Assembly: GCF_009914755.1 (NCBI RefSeq)
Contig: NC_060932.1
Direction: 5' to 3' (one strand)
DNA: 64,000 bases
Source: the human T2T-CHM13v2.0 reference genome, Homo sapiens
Part shown: piece after piece, positions 1 to 20,220 of the stretch
Position numbering within the stretch: the first letter of the stretch is position 1
Layout of the letters: the number at the start of each line of letters is the position of its first letter
Notes under the pieces: generated by a model
Databases searched by the model: none
What the model saw: only the letters and a program-made list of their open reading frames with translations
What the model was told of the DNA's origin: nothing
Program-made: the position numbers and the translations under genes

Positions 1-924
1 AACTGTACCCTAATGAGGGGGCTGTTGCCTCTGGGGAGTAGGTATGAGAAAGGGGACTGTTCACCTCCAGGTCATCGTTGCACAGGCTGCGAGTCTCTGA
101 CGACCCGCAACACCACTCCAGACAGCTGCCCGGGCTCTGCCAGTAAGTGCCTGGTCCTCCGGGAGCTGTTGAGGGGACCAGGCCATCACCATCACAATGG
201 CCTGGGGGAGGCAGTCTCCAGGACCAAGCGCACTTTGAATGGACAGAAATTGGTTCTTAAAGCCCTAGGTTGAATTACTGGCAGCTGGGGGTGGGAGGGT
301 CTAGTTTCTCGTGCTATTATTCTACTGTTTTTCCAACCACTCCAATCACTCTCAGAATAAATGCAATCGCCTAACAAATTGCAATAACTGTTTTGAGATT
401 TCGTCCCCTCTGAAATGCCTCATGAAGCTATGCGCACAACAGCTAACTTCAAAGTAACCCCACTTCATTCTTTCTGGCTTTAAGTTTTTGTCTTTTTCAG
501 TTGGGTGCTTTAAATTGATTTTCCAATTTATAAAATTGGAAACTGATTAAAATAATCATGAGAGAAAAGGAAGAAAAAAACAACTAATCATCCTATTACC
601 CAAACACAGCTGTTAACATTTGACATATTTCCTTTCCATCTTTTCCACTTGGGTGGTGTAATCTCTTAACACATGACATTTTAAGGATTTTCTATGTTGT
701 TGCATAATCTTCATAATCATATGCAAATGTATGCAATAGTTTATTAAATAAGAATTTAATAATTTATTCTTATTATAGGTCATCAAATTGCTTCCAAATT
801 TTTATTCCTACCAATAACTTAGCAATGAATAGATGAATAATGTTTATATGGCATCTTTCACATTCTAAATTAATTTGGTAGGTTAGGTTCCCCTAAAGTC
901 AATTTTAACATTACAATATAGATT

Positions 925-1296
<372 letters not shown>

Positions 1297-1843
1297 TAAA
1301 TATTGCTTCCCCTCTCATTCAATCTTCTCTTCAAAATAAATACTAGTGCAAAGCAACAAGAAATGAAACAAAGTTCATTTGCAAGTATGGACCAGACTAG
1401 ACTATTTGTGCCAACCTGCAAGTCAATAGTGGTTTTTTTTTTAATGTCAGTACAGCTTAATGGTTCACAGGGATTACAATTTTCAGATAAACTTAGGAAA
1501 ATTTGGTGTTATATCCTTGCCTCTTCGGTGAAACTTTAAGACCCCAAATCTCTTTTTTACTTACTTTTTTTTTCTTCTAGAGCCCTCTGTGGCCCCCTAA
1601 GCCTGTAGGTCTGTGTTTTTCAGTTTTGCTGGCCGAGAAAAAAGACCCAAGGGAGTAACATATTATTTTCTACAAGGATGTTCTAAAACTGCTCAGGCCT
1701 GTGAGTGAAATGATTTGCTGCACTGCAAGGGAGGTGAGTGAGACCAAGGAACTACACCCACCAAGATCCCTTCCAAGGGTCTAAGTTGCTTCTCTAATCA
1801 GAAACCTCTCAAACCTTTGCGACTGTGCACATAGGTCCCATGA

Positions 1844-2315
<472 letters not shown>

Positions 2316-2319
2316 TTCA

Positions 2320-3940
<1,621 letters not shown>

Positions 3941-4249
3941 GTCATCTTTTAAAGGTGTTATAGTAGCATGGTAGCTTTTCTTACTCTGTGAATTTATGCT
4001 TAGATAATTTACTGGATTTAGGTTATTTTTGTAATCAAGAAACAGAGCAATCTTTTCCATTTTCATTATAATTCTGTTAGGTACCCGTGCAGGTATTTCT
4101 GTTTGACAGATAAACTTTTTAAAAACAGAGACTGCAAGAGGTAAAATGTCTTGCCCAAATTTATATACAAAGGACCATTGTCAGACTAGGTCCTAGGGCA
4201 TCAGTTCAATTACATTTATTGTAAACCTAATACTCATAATATGATTGAA

Positions 4250-4520
4250 CCCCTATGTGCCAGGCACTATAGCTGCTTTACATGTTTGTGTTATTTAATG
4301 CTCAAAACATAGCTATGCTGTTACCATAGAGATTTGCTCAGTCCCTGTTATGGACTGCATGTTTGTGTCCTCCCAAAATTCATAAGTTGAAGCCCTAACC
4401 CCTAATGTTTTACAAATGATTATACCAAACCTTAGAGAGGCTGTATAACTTGACTATGGTCACACTACTAGCAAGTGGTAGCAAGTGATTTGGACCTAGA
4501 CAAAGATCTTGCTCTTGACA
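4250..4520. mobile_element. MIR relic carrying a ~97-bp inserted duplicate (4312-4408)
   Basis: gtgccaggcact...ttatttaatgctca and tttacaaatga...ggtcacact...caagtgg MIR motifs. Confidence 0.6.
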
Positions 4521-5261
4521 ACCACCTAGTGTCAACTCCTATGCCAGGTTCTGCAGCTACAAAGATGAATAAGACTCAGTCCCATCCCTTAAGGAGCACA
4601 CAGTCCATCAGGGGAAACAATCATATTCATAGCTTGATTCCTGAAGAAGCAGCAACCCCAGGTGGTAAAATGCCTTACCAATATTAGAGGCACTCAGTAA
4701 TATTTGTTGACTGAATGGCTAAGTGGAATGGCTGGCTTCTTGGACAGATCTAATGTTTGTCATACCTTATGTAAAAGATAATTCTTTCTAGCAGAAAGTA
4801 GAAAGAGTTCCTTAAACCCAATCATCCACCTGCCTCCAGTTATCCTGATCAGTTTGCACAACTGTGCCAGACAATAATGACTAAAAACTCTTAAATATAA
4901 AGAAAGAGACTGCCATATCATGGAATATCAAAAGAGAAAAGATGGCATAAACTGGTCATCCAGAAAGAATAGCAAACTGTTCACTCACAGCTCCATGAAA
5001 TAGTCAAGTTCAGCTACAGCTGCTGCCCAGGGCAGCTGTGATCTCAATGTTTCCAAAACTCCCACCATTTCACAAGACCTCCAACACCAAGCTCACCTCC
5101 CCTTCTTCCCACAGGGCAGAGACTCCAGGAGATGTTGTGGAGGGATGCTCTCCCTTCCCACTTATGACCTTCTTCTTTCGTGGCTCCTCATAGGCCTCCA
5201 TTTACTCCTCTTCCTGTTTTTCCATTCTGCTATGCTATTACCACTGGATTTACTCAGTCCC

Positions 5262-5621
5262 TGCTATGAACTGCATGTCTGTGTCGTCCAAAAAATCATA
5301 TGTTGAAGCCCCCACCCTTAATGTGATGGTATTAGGAAGTGGGGCCTTTGGGGGGTGATTAGTTTTAGATGAGGTTATGAAGGTGGGGCCCCCGTGGTGG
5401 GATTAGTGCCCTTACAATGGAGATAAGGGACCAGAGCACTCTATCTCTACCACGTGAACACACAGTAAGAAGTTGGCTGCCTGCCAGCAGGGAAGAGCGC
5501 CTTCACCAGGAACTGAATCATCTGGGGGCTTGGTTTTGGAATTCCCAACTTCTAAAACTGTAAGAAATGGATAGTAAGCAACCCAGGTTATGGGTTATAG
5601 CAGTCCAAGCTAACTAAGACA
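5262..5621. mobile_element. MaLR solo LTR (MLT1A/B-like)
   Basis: TG...CA termini, ~360 bp, 5-bp target-site duplication GTCCC on both sides. Confidence 0.85.
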
Positions 5622-5859
5622 GTCCCAAAGAGGAAAAAGAGAAATATGAGTTAACATTGATGCAATGTAGATTACACACGTTCTATTCTAAGCACTTTAC
5701 ATATTTTTCAACCTTGTCATTTCAACAACCTTATGAGTTATTATCACACCTTCCTCTTCACCCCAAACACACAGACACACTCGCATGCCCCTTGATTCAG
5801 GCCCTCCACTTCTCACCTGGATTACTGCAATTGGCTTCCTAACATTTTCACTGCTTCCC

Positions 5860-6172
5860 TTTTTTTTTTTTTTTTTTTTTTTTTTGAGACGGAGTTTCAC
5901 TCTTGTTGCCCAGGCTGGAGTGTAATGGCGCGATCCCGGCTCACTGCAACCTCCTCCGCCTCCCAGGTTGAAGTGATTCTCCTGCTTCAGCCTCCCTAGT
6001 AGCTGGGATTACAGGCATGTGCCACCACACCTGGCTAATTTTGTATTTTTTTTAGTAAAGACGGGGTTTCTCCATGTTGATCAGGCTGGTCTCGAACTCC
6101 CAACCTCAGGTGATCCGCCCGCCTCGGTCTCCCAAAGTTCTGGGATTACAGGCATGAGCCACTGCGCCCGGC
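5860..6172 (-). mobile_element. Alu (AluS-like)
   Basis: Full-length antisense Alu, TSD ctgcttcc. Confidence 0.92.
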
Positions 6173-6993
6173 CTGCTGCTTCCATTTCTTAACCTCCTGC
6201 AATCCATTCTCCACCCTGCATCCAGGAGGGTTTTGATAAAAGATGAATTGTCTGACCACAGCTTTTCCTTACTGAAAAATCCCTCAGTGGCTTCTCATTG
6301 ACTTCAAGAGAAGGTACATGGCCCCATCAGACAGGCAGGGCCAGCATAGTTTAGCCTCTTCCCCCATTTTCAGCCTCCTGTCTCCCCAGCTTCACACTCC
6401 CTCAGGAACCATCTCAGGCCTCCATAGCTTTGTTCAGGCTCTTACCTGTGCCTGAAATAACCTTCCAAACCTCATGGCAAACTCCTGCCCATTCTTCACT
6501 CCTTAGCCCTGTCACCTCTTCACCACCCTTCTCTCCAGGGAAGTCAAGGAACCCTAATTTGAGGTCTCCTCTGAGCTCTCAGAACATCCTCTGCAGGCCT
6601 CCACTTACCACTCCGTGCTGTAAACACATCTTACAAGCATTTGTGTTTTTGTCTATCTCCCCATCTAATCTATTAAGAGGGGGAGACTGTCTTAATCATC
6701 TCAGATCCTTATCATCTAGCATGATAGCTGCCATATACAGCAGTACATTAAGTATTTGCAGAATAGAATGAAAAAGAGAGCAACACAACCAGTCTTATTT
6801 CTTTTTCTTACAGATAACCTGATTTTTCATTGGCTAAAGTCTCTAATTTTTTTGAGAAAATAAATGTGAAGCCTGCATGCCCCCAGATACTCAGCTATAA
6901 CCAATGAATGATGACACCAAGGTCTCTTGCCTGTTACATCCTGATATAAAACCAATCTGGCAAAAAGAAAAAAGCATCCAAGGTCCACTTTTA

Positions 6994-7326
<333 letters not shown>

Positions 7327-8379
7327 TTTACGGTCCATAGTCCATTGAGAATGTTGGGAGGGCAGCCTGGGGGATCCACAGAACTGAGGAACCTCCTTTT
7401 ACAAATCAGTGTACAGAGAACCCACTAGCTAAACCAAAGAGGAACAACTTTATAAGAACAGACAGCTATTTATCCACACAAAAGAAAATCTTCCTACCAG
7501 TAGTAACGCTATTAACATCTCAGCAGCTTTTCCATTATAAATCTGACATTTCCTCCTTCTTCAAAGCCTAGTTTGAGTGCTTGTGATTTTTTGAAATGAG
7601 ATAATAAAGCCATCAACACACAATAAACGCTATGCACTATCTATAATCGGGGGTCTCCAGAGTATATTTTATGTTAAAGAAAATATTGAATTACTAGGCC
7701 TTTCTTTTTAAATCCCTTAAAGCCTTCAGCTTTAGAATGAAAGACTCAAACTCTTCTCTGGGATCTTAATTTTTATGTGGCTTCTTATTACTTTTTTATC
7801 CCTTCTAAAACTCTAAATCCCTTCAACATAGCTTTGGCCCCTTCCACAGCTGAACTGGCAGCAGGCTGATCTTTTTATTGGTGGGTAATGGATTTAGTTT
7901 GATTGCTGACACGGGAACAATGAGAGGATAAACAATTCCATTTGTGGCCATGAAATTTCCCATCTGTTGAGTGCGTTCAGGACTGCAGAGCACTGGGCAG
8001 AGACAGATGAATGAGCCCGCCACGCCTGATGTTAAGGACATCCGTCATACAAGCTGAACATGTGGCTTCATAAATCAACAGCTAATAGCAACTCTGGTTG
8101 CTCCTGTCATTAACAAGCCATCCGTTTAAATACATAAGAGTTTGCCATAACATTCAGCCTAGAGACCTGACTTGCAATTCTGATCTCACCAAAAAACCAG
8201 AAGTAGTAAAGAAAGCCAAAAAAGCATAAGTAAAAAAAAAAAAAAAAAGTTCAGATCCACACTAAAATACTTACAGATGTAATCATACGATGTCTGGAAT
8301 TGGTTACAAAATAAAATGGGATGAGGGAGTGGGTGGACACATAGATGAAAAAGCTTGGGTGGTGTGTAGATTAGGGTGT

Positions 8380-10543
<2,164 letters not shown>

Positions 10544-11717
10544 CTATGGAATATGCCGCTCTAGAAGTTCAGCATGAGCTAGGAAAGAGTAAGGGTTGCA
10601 AGCCACCTTGAAGGAACTCAGAGGCTGTGCTGGCCCTTGGAGTCAGCAGAAAAGGGACAAGAGTCACTTAGCATCCCCCCTTGACTATCTAGGGGCCATC
10701 TCAAACTTCCTGGGTACAAAACTGAGCGCCTGATCTGTAATGGACGCCATAGTCACTACCCAGATTCTCTGGGACCAAGGCACCCTTTCCCCAGCTGCTG
10801 AGAGTGTTGGTGACTGACAACCCAACCCCACTCCAGAGCTTGATTTCCATGGAGAGCCACCTTGCCTGAGGCCTAACCCTTCCCAGAACTGCCTCCACTC
10901 AGCGACAGTCAGTTAGAAGGTCAAGTATGAGACCTGGCTGACTTGCCCCATTGGAGTAACTCTGAAGGGCCTGCCCAACTTCAGAGTTGCCCCATGGGGT
11001 TGGTTAAGTCCCTTCTTGGGACCAAGTGGCTACCCAGCAACTTCCTCCACCACATCCTTCTTGTTCCGTTTCTCTCTCAGGTATTGATCACAAGAGCACT
11101 GGCCAGCAAACCTCCTGCATGCTCATTTCATCTGGTTCTGCTTCCTGTGAACTTAACCTGCAACATGATCTTCCTCCCAAATCTTTTCCTCTTTCCATTT
11201 TCCGCTGGTGCCATCTTTTACTCCTGTCTTTCTCTCACACCCGTAGCCTAGTATGGGTCAGAAATCCTGTTGGTTCTACCTTCAAATTATATCCATAATT
11301 TGACCAGTTTTCAGGGCCCCTTTGCCATTGCCCCCGATCTGCGCCCCCATCCTCTCTCACTTTGGGTGTTGTGATGGCCCCCCCAGCTACTCTCCCTGCT
11401 TCAGCCTTGCTGCCCTTGAGTCCCTTTCAGCAGAGTAATCAAAACAGAGGTCTCGAGTCAGGTCATGTTGCAGCTCTGCCCAAAGCCAAGTCACTCAGAG
11501 TAATGACTAAATCCTTACTAACCCAGCACGCCTGGGATAATCCTAGTTTATATCTGTTGTCCCAGCATAATTTTAACAGTGACCACTTAGCCCCATTTGG
11601 ATTACAAATTATGTGGTCACCCTACCTCCTGCTACCTCTTGGAAATCACCTCCTACTACCATCCCCGTCCCCACTCACCCCATTCCAGTGACTCCAGAAT
11701 AGTCCTCAAAGAGATAG

Positions 11718-13123
<1,406 letters not shown>

Positions 13124-13307
13124 CTATTTTTTTAAAAGGATTATTAAGTTCAGGCTGTGTCTGATTGTCTCAGTCATTGCAGAGCCTAACAAGTAAGTTT
13201 TAATTCTGCTCCTTCTCAAGCCCTGGCCGCATCTTCTAACACATGAGCATCCCTGGTTGCAGAAGAATGAGGCAGGTTCATTACCAGAGCCAGAAAACTC
13301 ACTGCAA

Positions 13308-13501
13308 TAGGCTTGCCTGATTTAGCAAATAAAAATACAGGATGCTCAGTTAGATTTGAATCTCTGTTAATAAAAAAATAATTTTTAGTATAAATATGCC
13401 TCATGCAGTATTTGGGACATACTTATAACTTTTTAAACCTATTTTCTATTTATTGTAAAGTCAAATTTAACTGGATATCCTGTATTTTTTCTAACAACCT
13501 G
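13308..13501. mobile_element. MER53-like palindromic hAT MITE
   Basis: aaaatacaggatgctcagttagatttga ... tcaaatttaactggatatcctgtatttt inverted arms. Confidence 0.8.
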
Positions 13502-14029
13502 ACATACCAAGCACCTGCTCTCTGATTAAAGGAGTTCTCTTCACAGACAAAGAACATCACTTTGCATAAATTAAAGATTGAAACCACCTCTCTTTCCCTC
13601 AGAGGAACTGAAAGGAGAATGTTATGCTTGCTAAAATTACAAATATATCTCCAATTTCACAAAATAAGCCACTGAAGATTACACAACAGAGGCTTCTCAG
13701 AGGCCCACAGCCCGGTGCCCCACTAATCTGCCAAAACTGGTACTCTGAGATGGTGGATAGCCCAGGTTTTGGAGTCATGACTGGCTTGGGTTAGAGACTC
13801 GCTTTCGTAAAACCATGATAGGAGCACCTTGCACGGTTGTTGTAGGGCTCATGTATAAAGTGCCTGGTACATAGCAAGTGTTCGACAGTAACATTGTCAG
13901 CATCTTGTCTGGGTTTGACCCCTGTGAGGTGATGGATGAACACTGTACAGCATGAGCCAGGAGGCCATACATAGGCCATCACTCATGTTGAGAGCTGCCA
14001 CCCCTCTGCTCAGCCACTGAATCAGCACC

Positions 14030-14700
14030 CTATGGGTGCTTTTAAAGCCACATACTTCTGGGAACCACTCCAAGATTTTGGAATTAGAAAGAATGAGGCT
14101 GGGATCCAGGCTTGTGAATGTTTATCAAGATGCTCCATTCACCAGTGGTGAGGATAAGCATCCCCTAAAGAGCTTGTTTAAACAGACGCTGGGCCCTGTC
14201 CCACAGTTCCTGCTTTGGCAGACGGGATGGGGCCAAGAACTCGCATGTCTAACAAGTTCCCAGAGATGCTGATGCTGCTCTCTGGGGACAATTTGAGAAT
14301 TACTGTGCCACATCCGTGGCTCTCAACCCCAGCATTTTTTTTTTTTTTTTTGAGACAGAGTCTTGCTATGTTGCCCAGGCTGGAGTGCTGTGGTGTGATC
14401 ACAGCTCACTGCAGCCTCAACCTCCCGCAACCCTAGCATATTTTAACCACCAAAGGTGTTTTTAAATACCTGTGCCTGGGCCCTTAGTAACTGGATTTAA
14501 ATAGTCTAGGGGAGGACCTGAGCTGCTTACAATTCTAATGTATCCTGGTCAGGAACTTCTGCTCTCCTTAAGGCGATTCTGCTCTAACTCCACAGTGTGC
14601 CCAGGACCAGTCACACTCCATCCCAGAACTTCAGAACCAGAATCTGCATTTTGACAAGATCCCCTGGTGATTTGTACCCATGCTAGAGTCTGAGCGCTGC
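14030..14700. mobile_element. MER5-like hAT fragments with an Alu fragment at 14335-14427
   Basis: gcatgtctaacaagttcccagagatgctgatgctgct and aatctgcattttgacaagatcccctggtgatt motifs. Confidence 0.65.
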
Positions 14701-14737
14701 TTAGGTTTCAGCCTAAAGGTAGCTTCCTCAGACAGGG

Positions 14738-15490
<753 letters not shown>

Positions 15491-15869
15491 AGTCTTCCAT
15501 TGACATCAATTGACTGTCCTTTCTGTAAATGTAGAAGCCAAATGTAAAAACAGCAGTAAGTGAGCACTGGTGTGCAGTCAGCGTGAAACCCTCAGCAGTG
15601 AGTTCCCTGGACCTGGGAAAAGAGGAACCCAGATCAGAACAGAGTTGACCTTAGGCTTAGCCTCATCCTGGACAGGAGCTGTCACCAGTACTCACAGGTG
15701 TAGCATATACTTACTGCTGCATATGGGTTACACTGTTTGCATTCCAAAATGAGGCCTCAGCCATCCACCTCTCCACGAACTGCAAAGCACCTGGGCTAAG
15801 ACGACCCTAATTGTCAAATATGATCAAGATTCTGGGCTCTGAGCACAAAAGCCAAACAAGATCATTTCA

Positions 15870-16480
15870 GCAAAAAATTAAGACTGATAATATCAAATAT
15901 TGCCAAGGGTGTAAGGAATAAGCCCCTCATGGCCTATTACTGAAAGTGTCAACAGATGAAGAAATTTTGGAAGGCAATTTGGAAAAAAAAAAAACCCTCA
16001 AAATTTAAAACATGCATATGCTATGACCTGCACTTCTGCAGCTAGTAATGTAACCTATAAAAATATTAGAAGACATGTATAAAGATACATCACAAGGGTG
16101 TACTTTGCTGCATTGTGTCTAATTTTAAATAATGGAAGTAAGCCATGGATCTATCAAGAAGAGTGGATAAATTTCTATAACACAGTGATCTCCTACATAT
16201 CTGCTAAAAGAACTATAAATGTCCACACACATGTGTGTGCATAGTGTGACTCCATTTCTATTGTTTAAAAATCTCATTCATGTATATGTAAATATATGTG
16301 TGACTAAGCATGAAAAATATCTGCAAAAAAACCTCCAATCTGTAAACAATGATTGCTTTTAGGAAGTGATACTAGGTTGGGGGAAGTGGGTTTCACTTTT
16401 TCTGTATACTCCTGTATAATTTTTGAGTTTGTTATAATAAGTGTGTACTATTTTTACTATTTAAAAAATATTTCAAACAG
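15870..16480 (+). mobile_element. Old L1 (L1ME-like) 3' fragment
   Basis: A-rich with degenerate L1 3' motifs. Confidence 0.55.
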
Positions 16481-16509
16481 GTAAAAATGATCTCTTGAGA
16501 ACTGTTTCT

Positions 16510-17773
16510 CTTTTTTTTCTTTTCTTTTTTTTTTTTTTTTTTTGTTGTTGTTGTTGCTGAGGCTGGAGGGCAGTGGCACAATCCCTTTATGCTCTGTCTC
16601 AATCCCCATTGCAGCCTTGACCTCCCAGGCTCAAGCGATTCTCCCACCTCAGCCTCCCAAGTAGCTGGGACCACAGGCACGTGCCACCATGCTCAGCTAA
16701 TTTTTGTATTTTTAGTACAAACAAAGTTTTGCAGTGTTACCCAGGCTGGTCTCGAACTCCTGGGTTCAAGTGATCCACCCATCTCAGCCTCCCAAAGTGT
16801 TGGGATTACAGGTGTGAGCCACTGCAGCCCGCCAAGAACTGTTTTGCTCTGGACATGCTTCTTCACATTATTGAGCCTGTTTCAGGCTCAATAACTGTGA
16901 TTGATTAAATTTGGGTTTTCTTAGCTAACACCTAATCCAGTCTAGATCCCTTGGAATTAAGTCCAAGTAATCCTGATGGGCTTTTGGGTTTCCCTGAGTG
17001 TTCTTAATTTCAGTTTAGCATCATGTCTTTGAAACGTTGTGTCTTTTAGGCCCTGCCCTTTAATATTGGCTATATTAAGCACGTGGTTAACCAAAACCCT
17101 AGATTCCTTTTTATTAATTTGCTGCTAAAGCATGTCACCCCCATTCTGTACCAAATCAATTATTTGTGTTAATGTAAAGATGGATGATTACATTTAGTTT
17201 TGTTAAATTTCATCTTGTAGATGTTGGTACAATAGTCCAGTCTGTTAAAACAATTTTAGATCTCCACTTCTATTGCAGTAGGTACTCGTCTAAACTTTAC
17301 ATTATCTAAAAATGTATCACTGGGGAGATCATAAAATTTATAGACAGCAGGCACAAAGAAGACTTTTAGACGCTATCCTTTTTATTTATTGTTATTATTA
17401 TTTTAGAGACAGTGTTTCACTCTGTGTCCCAGGCTGGAGTCCAGTGGCACAATAATGTAATAGCTCACTGCAGCCTCGAACTCATGAGCTCGAGGGATCC
17501 TCCCACCTCAGCCTCCCAAAGTGTTGAGATTACAGGCATGTGCCACTACACCCAGCTAATCTTTATTTTATTTTATTTTATTTTATTTTATTTTATTTTA
17601 TTTTATTTATTTTATTTTATTTTATTTTATTTTATTTTATTTTATTTTATTTTATTTTGTAGAGAGGTCTTGATGTGTTGCCCAGGCTGGTCTCAAACTC
17701 TTGGCCTCAAGTGATCCTCCCACCTCAACCTCCCAAAGTGCTGGGATAACAGATGTAAGCCACCACACCCAGC
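16510..17773 (-). mobile_element. Two antisense Alus (16510-16830; 17380-17773, with (ATTTT)n expansion at 17563-17658 in the linker)
   Basis: Alu consensus; pentanucleotide microsatellite. Confidence 0.9.
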
Positions 17774-18499
17774 CCTCCTTTTTAGTTGAAAATGACCAAA
17801 ACCTATGTACACTTAAGCCAACAGGAACTTTATCAGATGGAGACTGAGCTATCTCACTATCTCACTGACTCCAAGATAGGCATGGCATTGGCCTGAGAGA
17901 GGTAAGGCGGGAGACGTGCAATCCTCCCTCCCTCCTGAGCTGGGCCTCTTTATTCTCTGTCTCAATCCCCAACACCCTTTCTCACTCTCCCAACACTCCC
18001 TTCACCCACAGTCCACCCTCCCATCCCACTGGCCCTTACTGGCGTGTGTACATGACCACAGACCCACCAAGTATGGACCATGGTAAAAGCACTTGTGCCC
18101 GCTTCCAGCTAAAACTCTTTACACTGGATGTGCATTCAGGCCCCAGGCCTCTGCCAGACCACCAGTTTCACTTATTTATACTGACTTCCCTTCAATTTTA
18201 CCCCCTGGGCCCTGAGAAACATCCCAGATATTCAGAGTTTACACCTTTCCTCTGGCCCCAGACCAAAGCCCAATTTCTGTTTCCACAAGGCAGTAGTTTG
18301 GGTTAGATGTCCACTGTGGTCCAGACAAAGGTGGCAAGAGGACAAGTTCAAGGAGAATAAACATGGCTTCCCAGAGCCATCCTCTGTGACTGGGTGCAAT
18401 TCTCAAAGAAAGAGGTATATAATATTGACGACTACCTGATGAGTAAATGCCTCAATTTGTTTACTATAGAGATATCAATGGATGCCAACTCCAGGTCTA

Positions 18500-18974
18500 A
18501 GACATATGGATCAGGTCCACTCAAGTTCAAAGTAATGGAAGGCTTTGCAGTGGGAAAGTTGTCAGAATCAAAATTGGGTCACTTATGTCAGCCTTAACAA
18601 AATAGAGCCAGGAGGTCATGGAGGTAGGGGGAGGCTCTCAGGCATGATTTGCCTGATAAAAGGAACTATCACAGGAAATGTTATCAAACCATAGTTTGCT
18701 ACATGAGTCACACAAAGACAGCTAGCGGCTTGTACAAGAACACTTGCCTGACACACTGTCTCCACTAAAGAACTGACAACAACTCCTGTCATAAACCCTT
18801 GTAACCAATGTTCTGTTTGTTTCAAAACAATCTATATGTACTCTTTTGCCTTTAAAACTTCCCCTTACCTTAGCCTCCCTGGATGTGCCTAAGATTTGTC
18901 ATAGCATCTGTGTCCTGCAATTCCCAATTAAACTACATATTTTTAGAGAGCTTCTCTCTGTTATTTGGGTTGAC
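18500..18974 (+). mobile_element. ERV1 solo LTR (MER67-like)
   Basis: tgtcagaatcaaaattgggtcact...gcctgataaaaggaactatcaca...aattaaact...gttgaca. Confidence 0.65.
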
Positions 18975-19009
18975 AGGAGATAAAGAATAGAGTAAAATTT
19001 ACTGGTTAA

Positions 19010-19308
<299 letters not shown>

Positions 19309-19718
19309 GGTTAAGTACATTTGACTTTGGAGTCAAACTAGGGATTAAATCCTAATTCTACCACAAACTAGATATTTTAATCTCACAAGAGTTACTCAGT
19401 GGCTTTATGCCTCAGTTTTCTCACCTATAAGATGGCAAATATAATAGCTAGTCTTATTGGGTATTCGTAGATATTAAATGAAATTATATATCAGACTACC
19501 TAACTTATAGCAAGCATTTAATAAGTGGCAACTCTCATTATTATTATTTCATCACCATCAGTATTAGTATGAAGAAATGAAGCTGTAACAGTGTAATAAA
19601 ATGCAGTGGGTTTGGCATGATACATATGTTTCAACCATAACCTTATTTGTGTGTATATACATAGAGAATATATAAAATACAGGGCATACATAGGATATCA
19701 TATGCATATGATATCGTA

Positions 19719-20220
19719 TATCTAGCTGCCCTGAGATTTTGTTTTCACCTGTGTCTGTAGCAATGGCTTGCTGTCACTTCCATTGGTGTACTGGACTGTT
19801 GGTACTGAATTAAATGAGACAGGGAGTATTTAGCTGCTCTCGCCTTCCCTCTGATGGATTGTTTCTCAGTGATTGATGTTTATCCTTGTGCCTCTTTCCC
19901 CCCTCCAAAAAAATCAAATACCATCAAAACCAAGAGTCCATCAGACCCCAGAGACCTGAGGATAAACCGTAGTAAGGCAGCACGTGACTGTCCTTCCCCT
20001 CCTGCCTAAGACGCCACGTTAAGGAAACAGTCAAGGACAATTTCACTCACCCTTGGAAGGAATCACGGTGGTGAAAACTTCTATGTTCTCGTCACTGCAG
20101 CTGTAAATCTGATGCATCATTTCAGCCTCCTCTTCCCAAAGTGCCTGGGAACTGGAGGCCTCTGTCTCTGGACCCCTAGTCTCGAGGCATCCTAATCCAG
20201 TCCGGCTCAGGGATCATTGT
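19719..20220 (-). repeat. Inverted duplicate of VXN exon 1 plus 5' part of intron 1 (partner 21315-21815)
   Basis: Manual alignment to the reverse complement of 21315-21815: about 13 substitutions and one 1-bp indel in ~502 bp. Confidence 0.97.

Noticed and set aside
1-400. Possible terminal exon of the upstream gene (86-aa ORF, AATAAA at 356-361)
   Set aside because: The peptide does not resemble the ADHFE1 C-terminus as I recall it, and I cannot support an exon from sequence alone
19719-20220. Interpretation of the exon-1 copy as a processed pseudogene or transposon
   Set aside because: It contains intron-1 sequence, has no exon 1-2 junction, poly-A or TSD, and shows no transposon similarity
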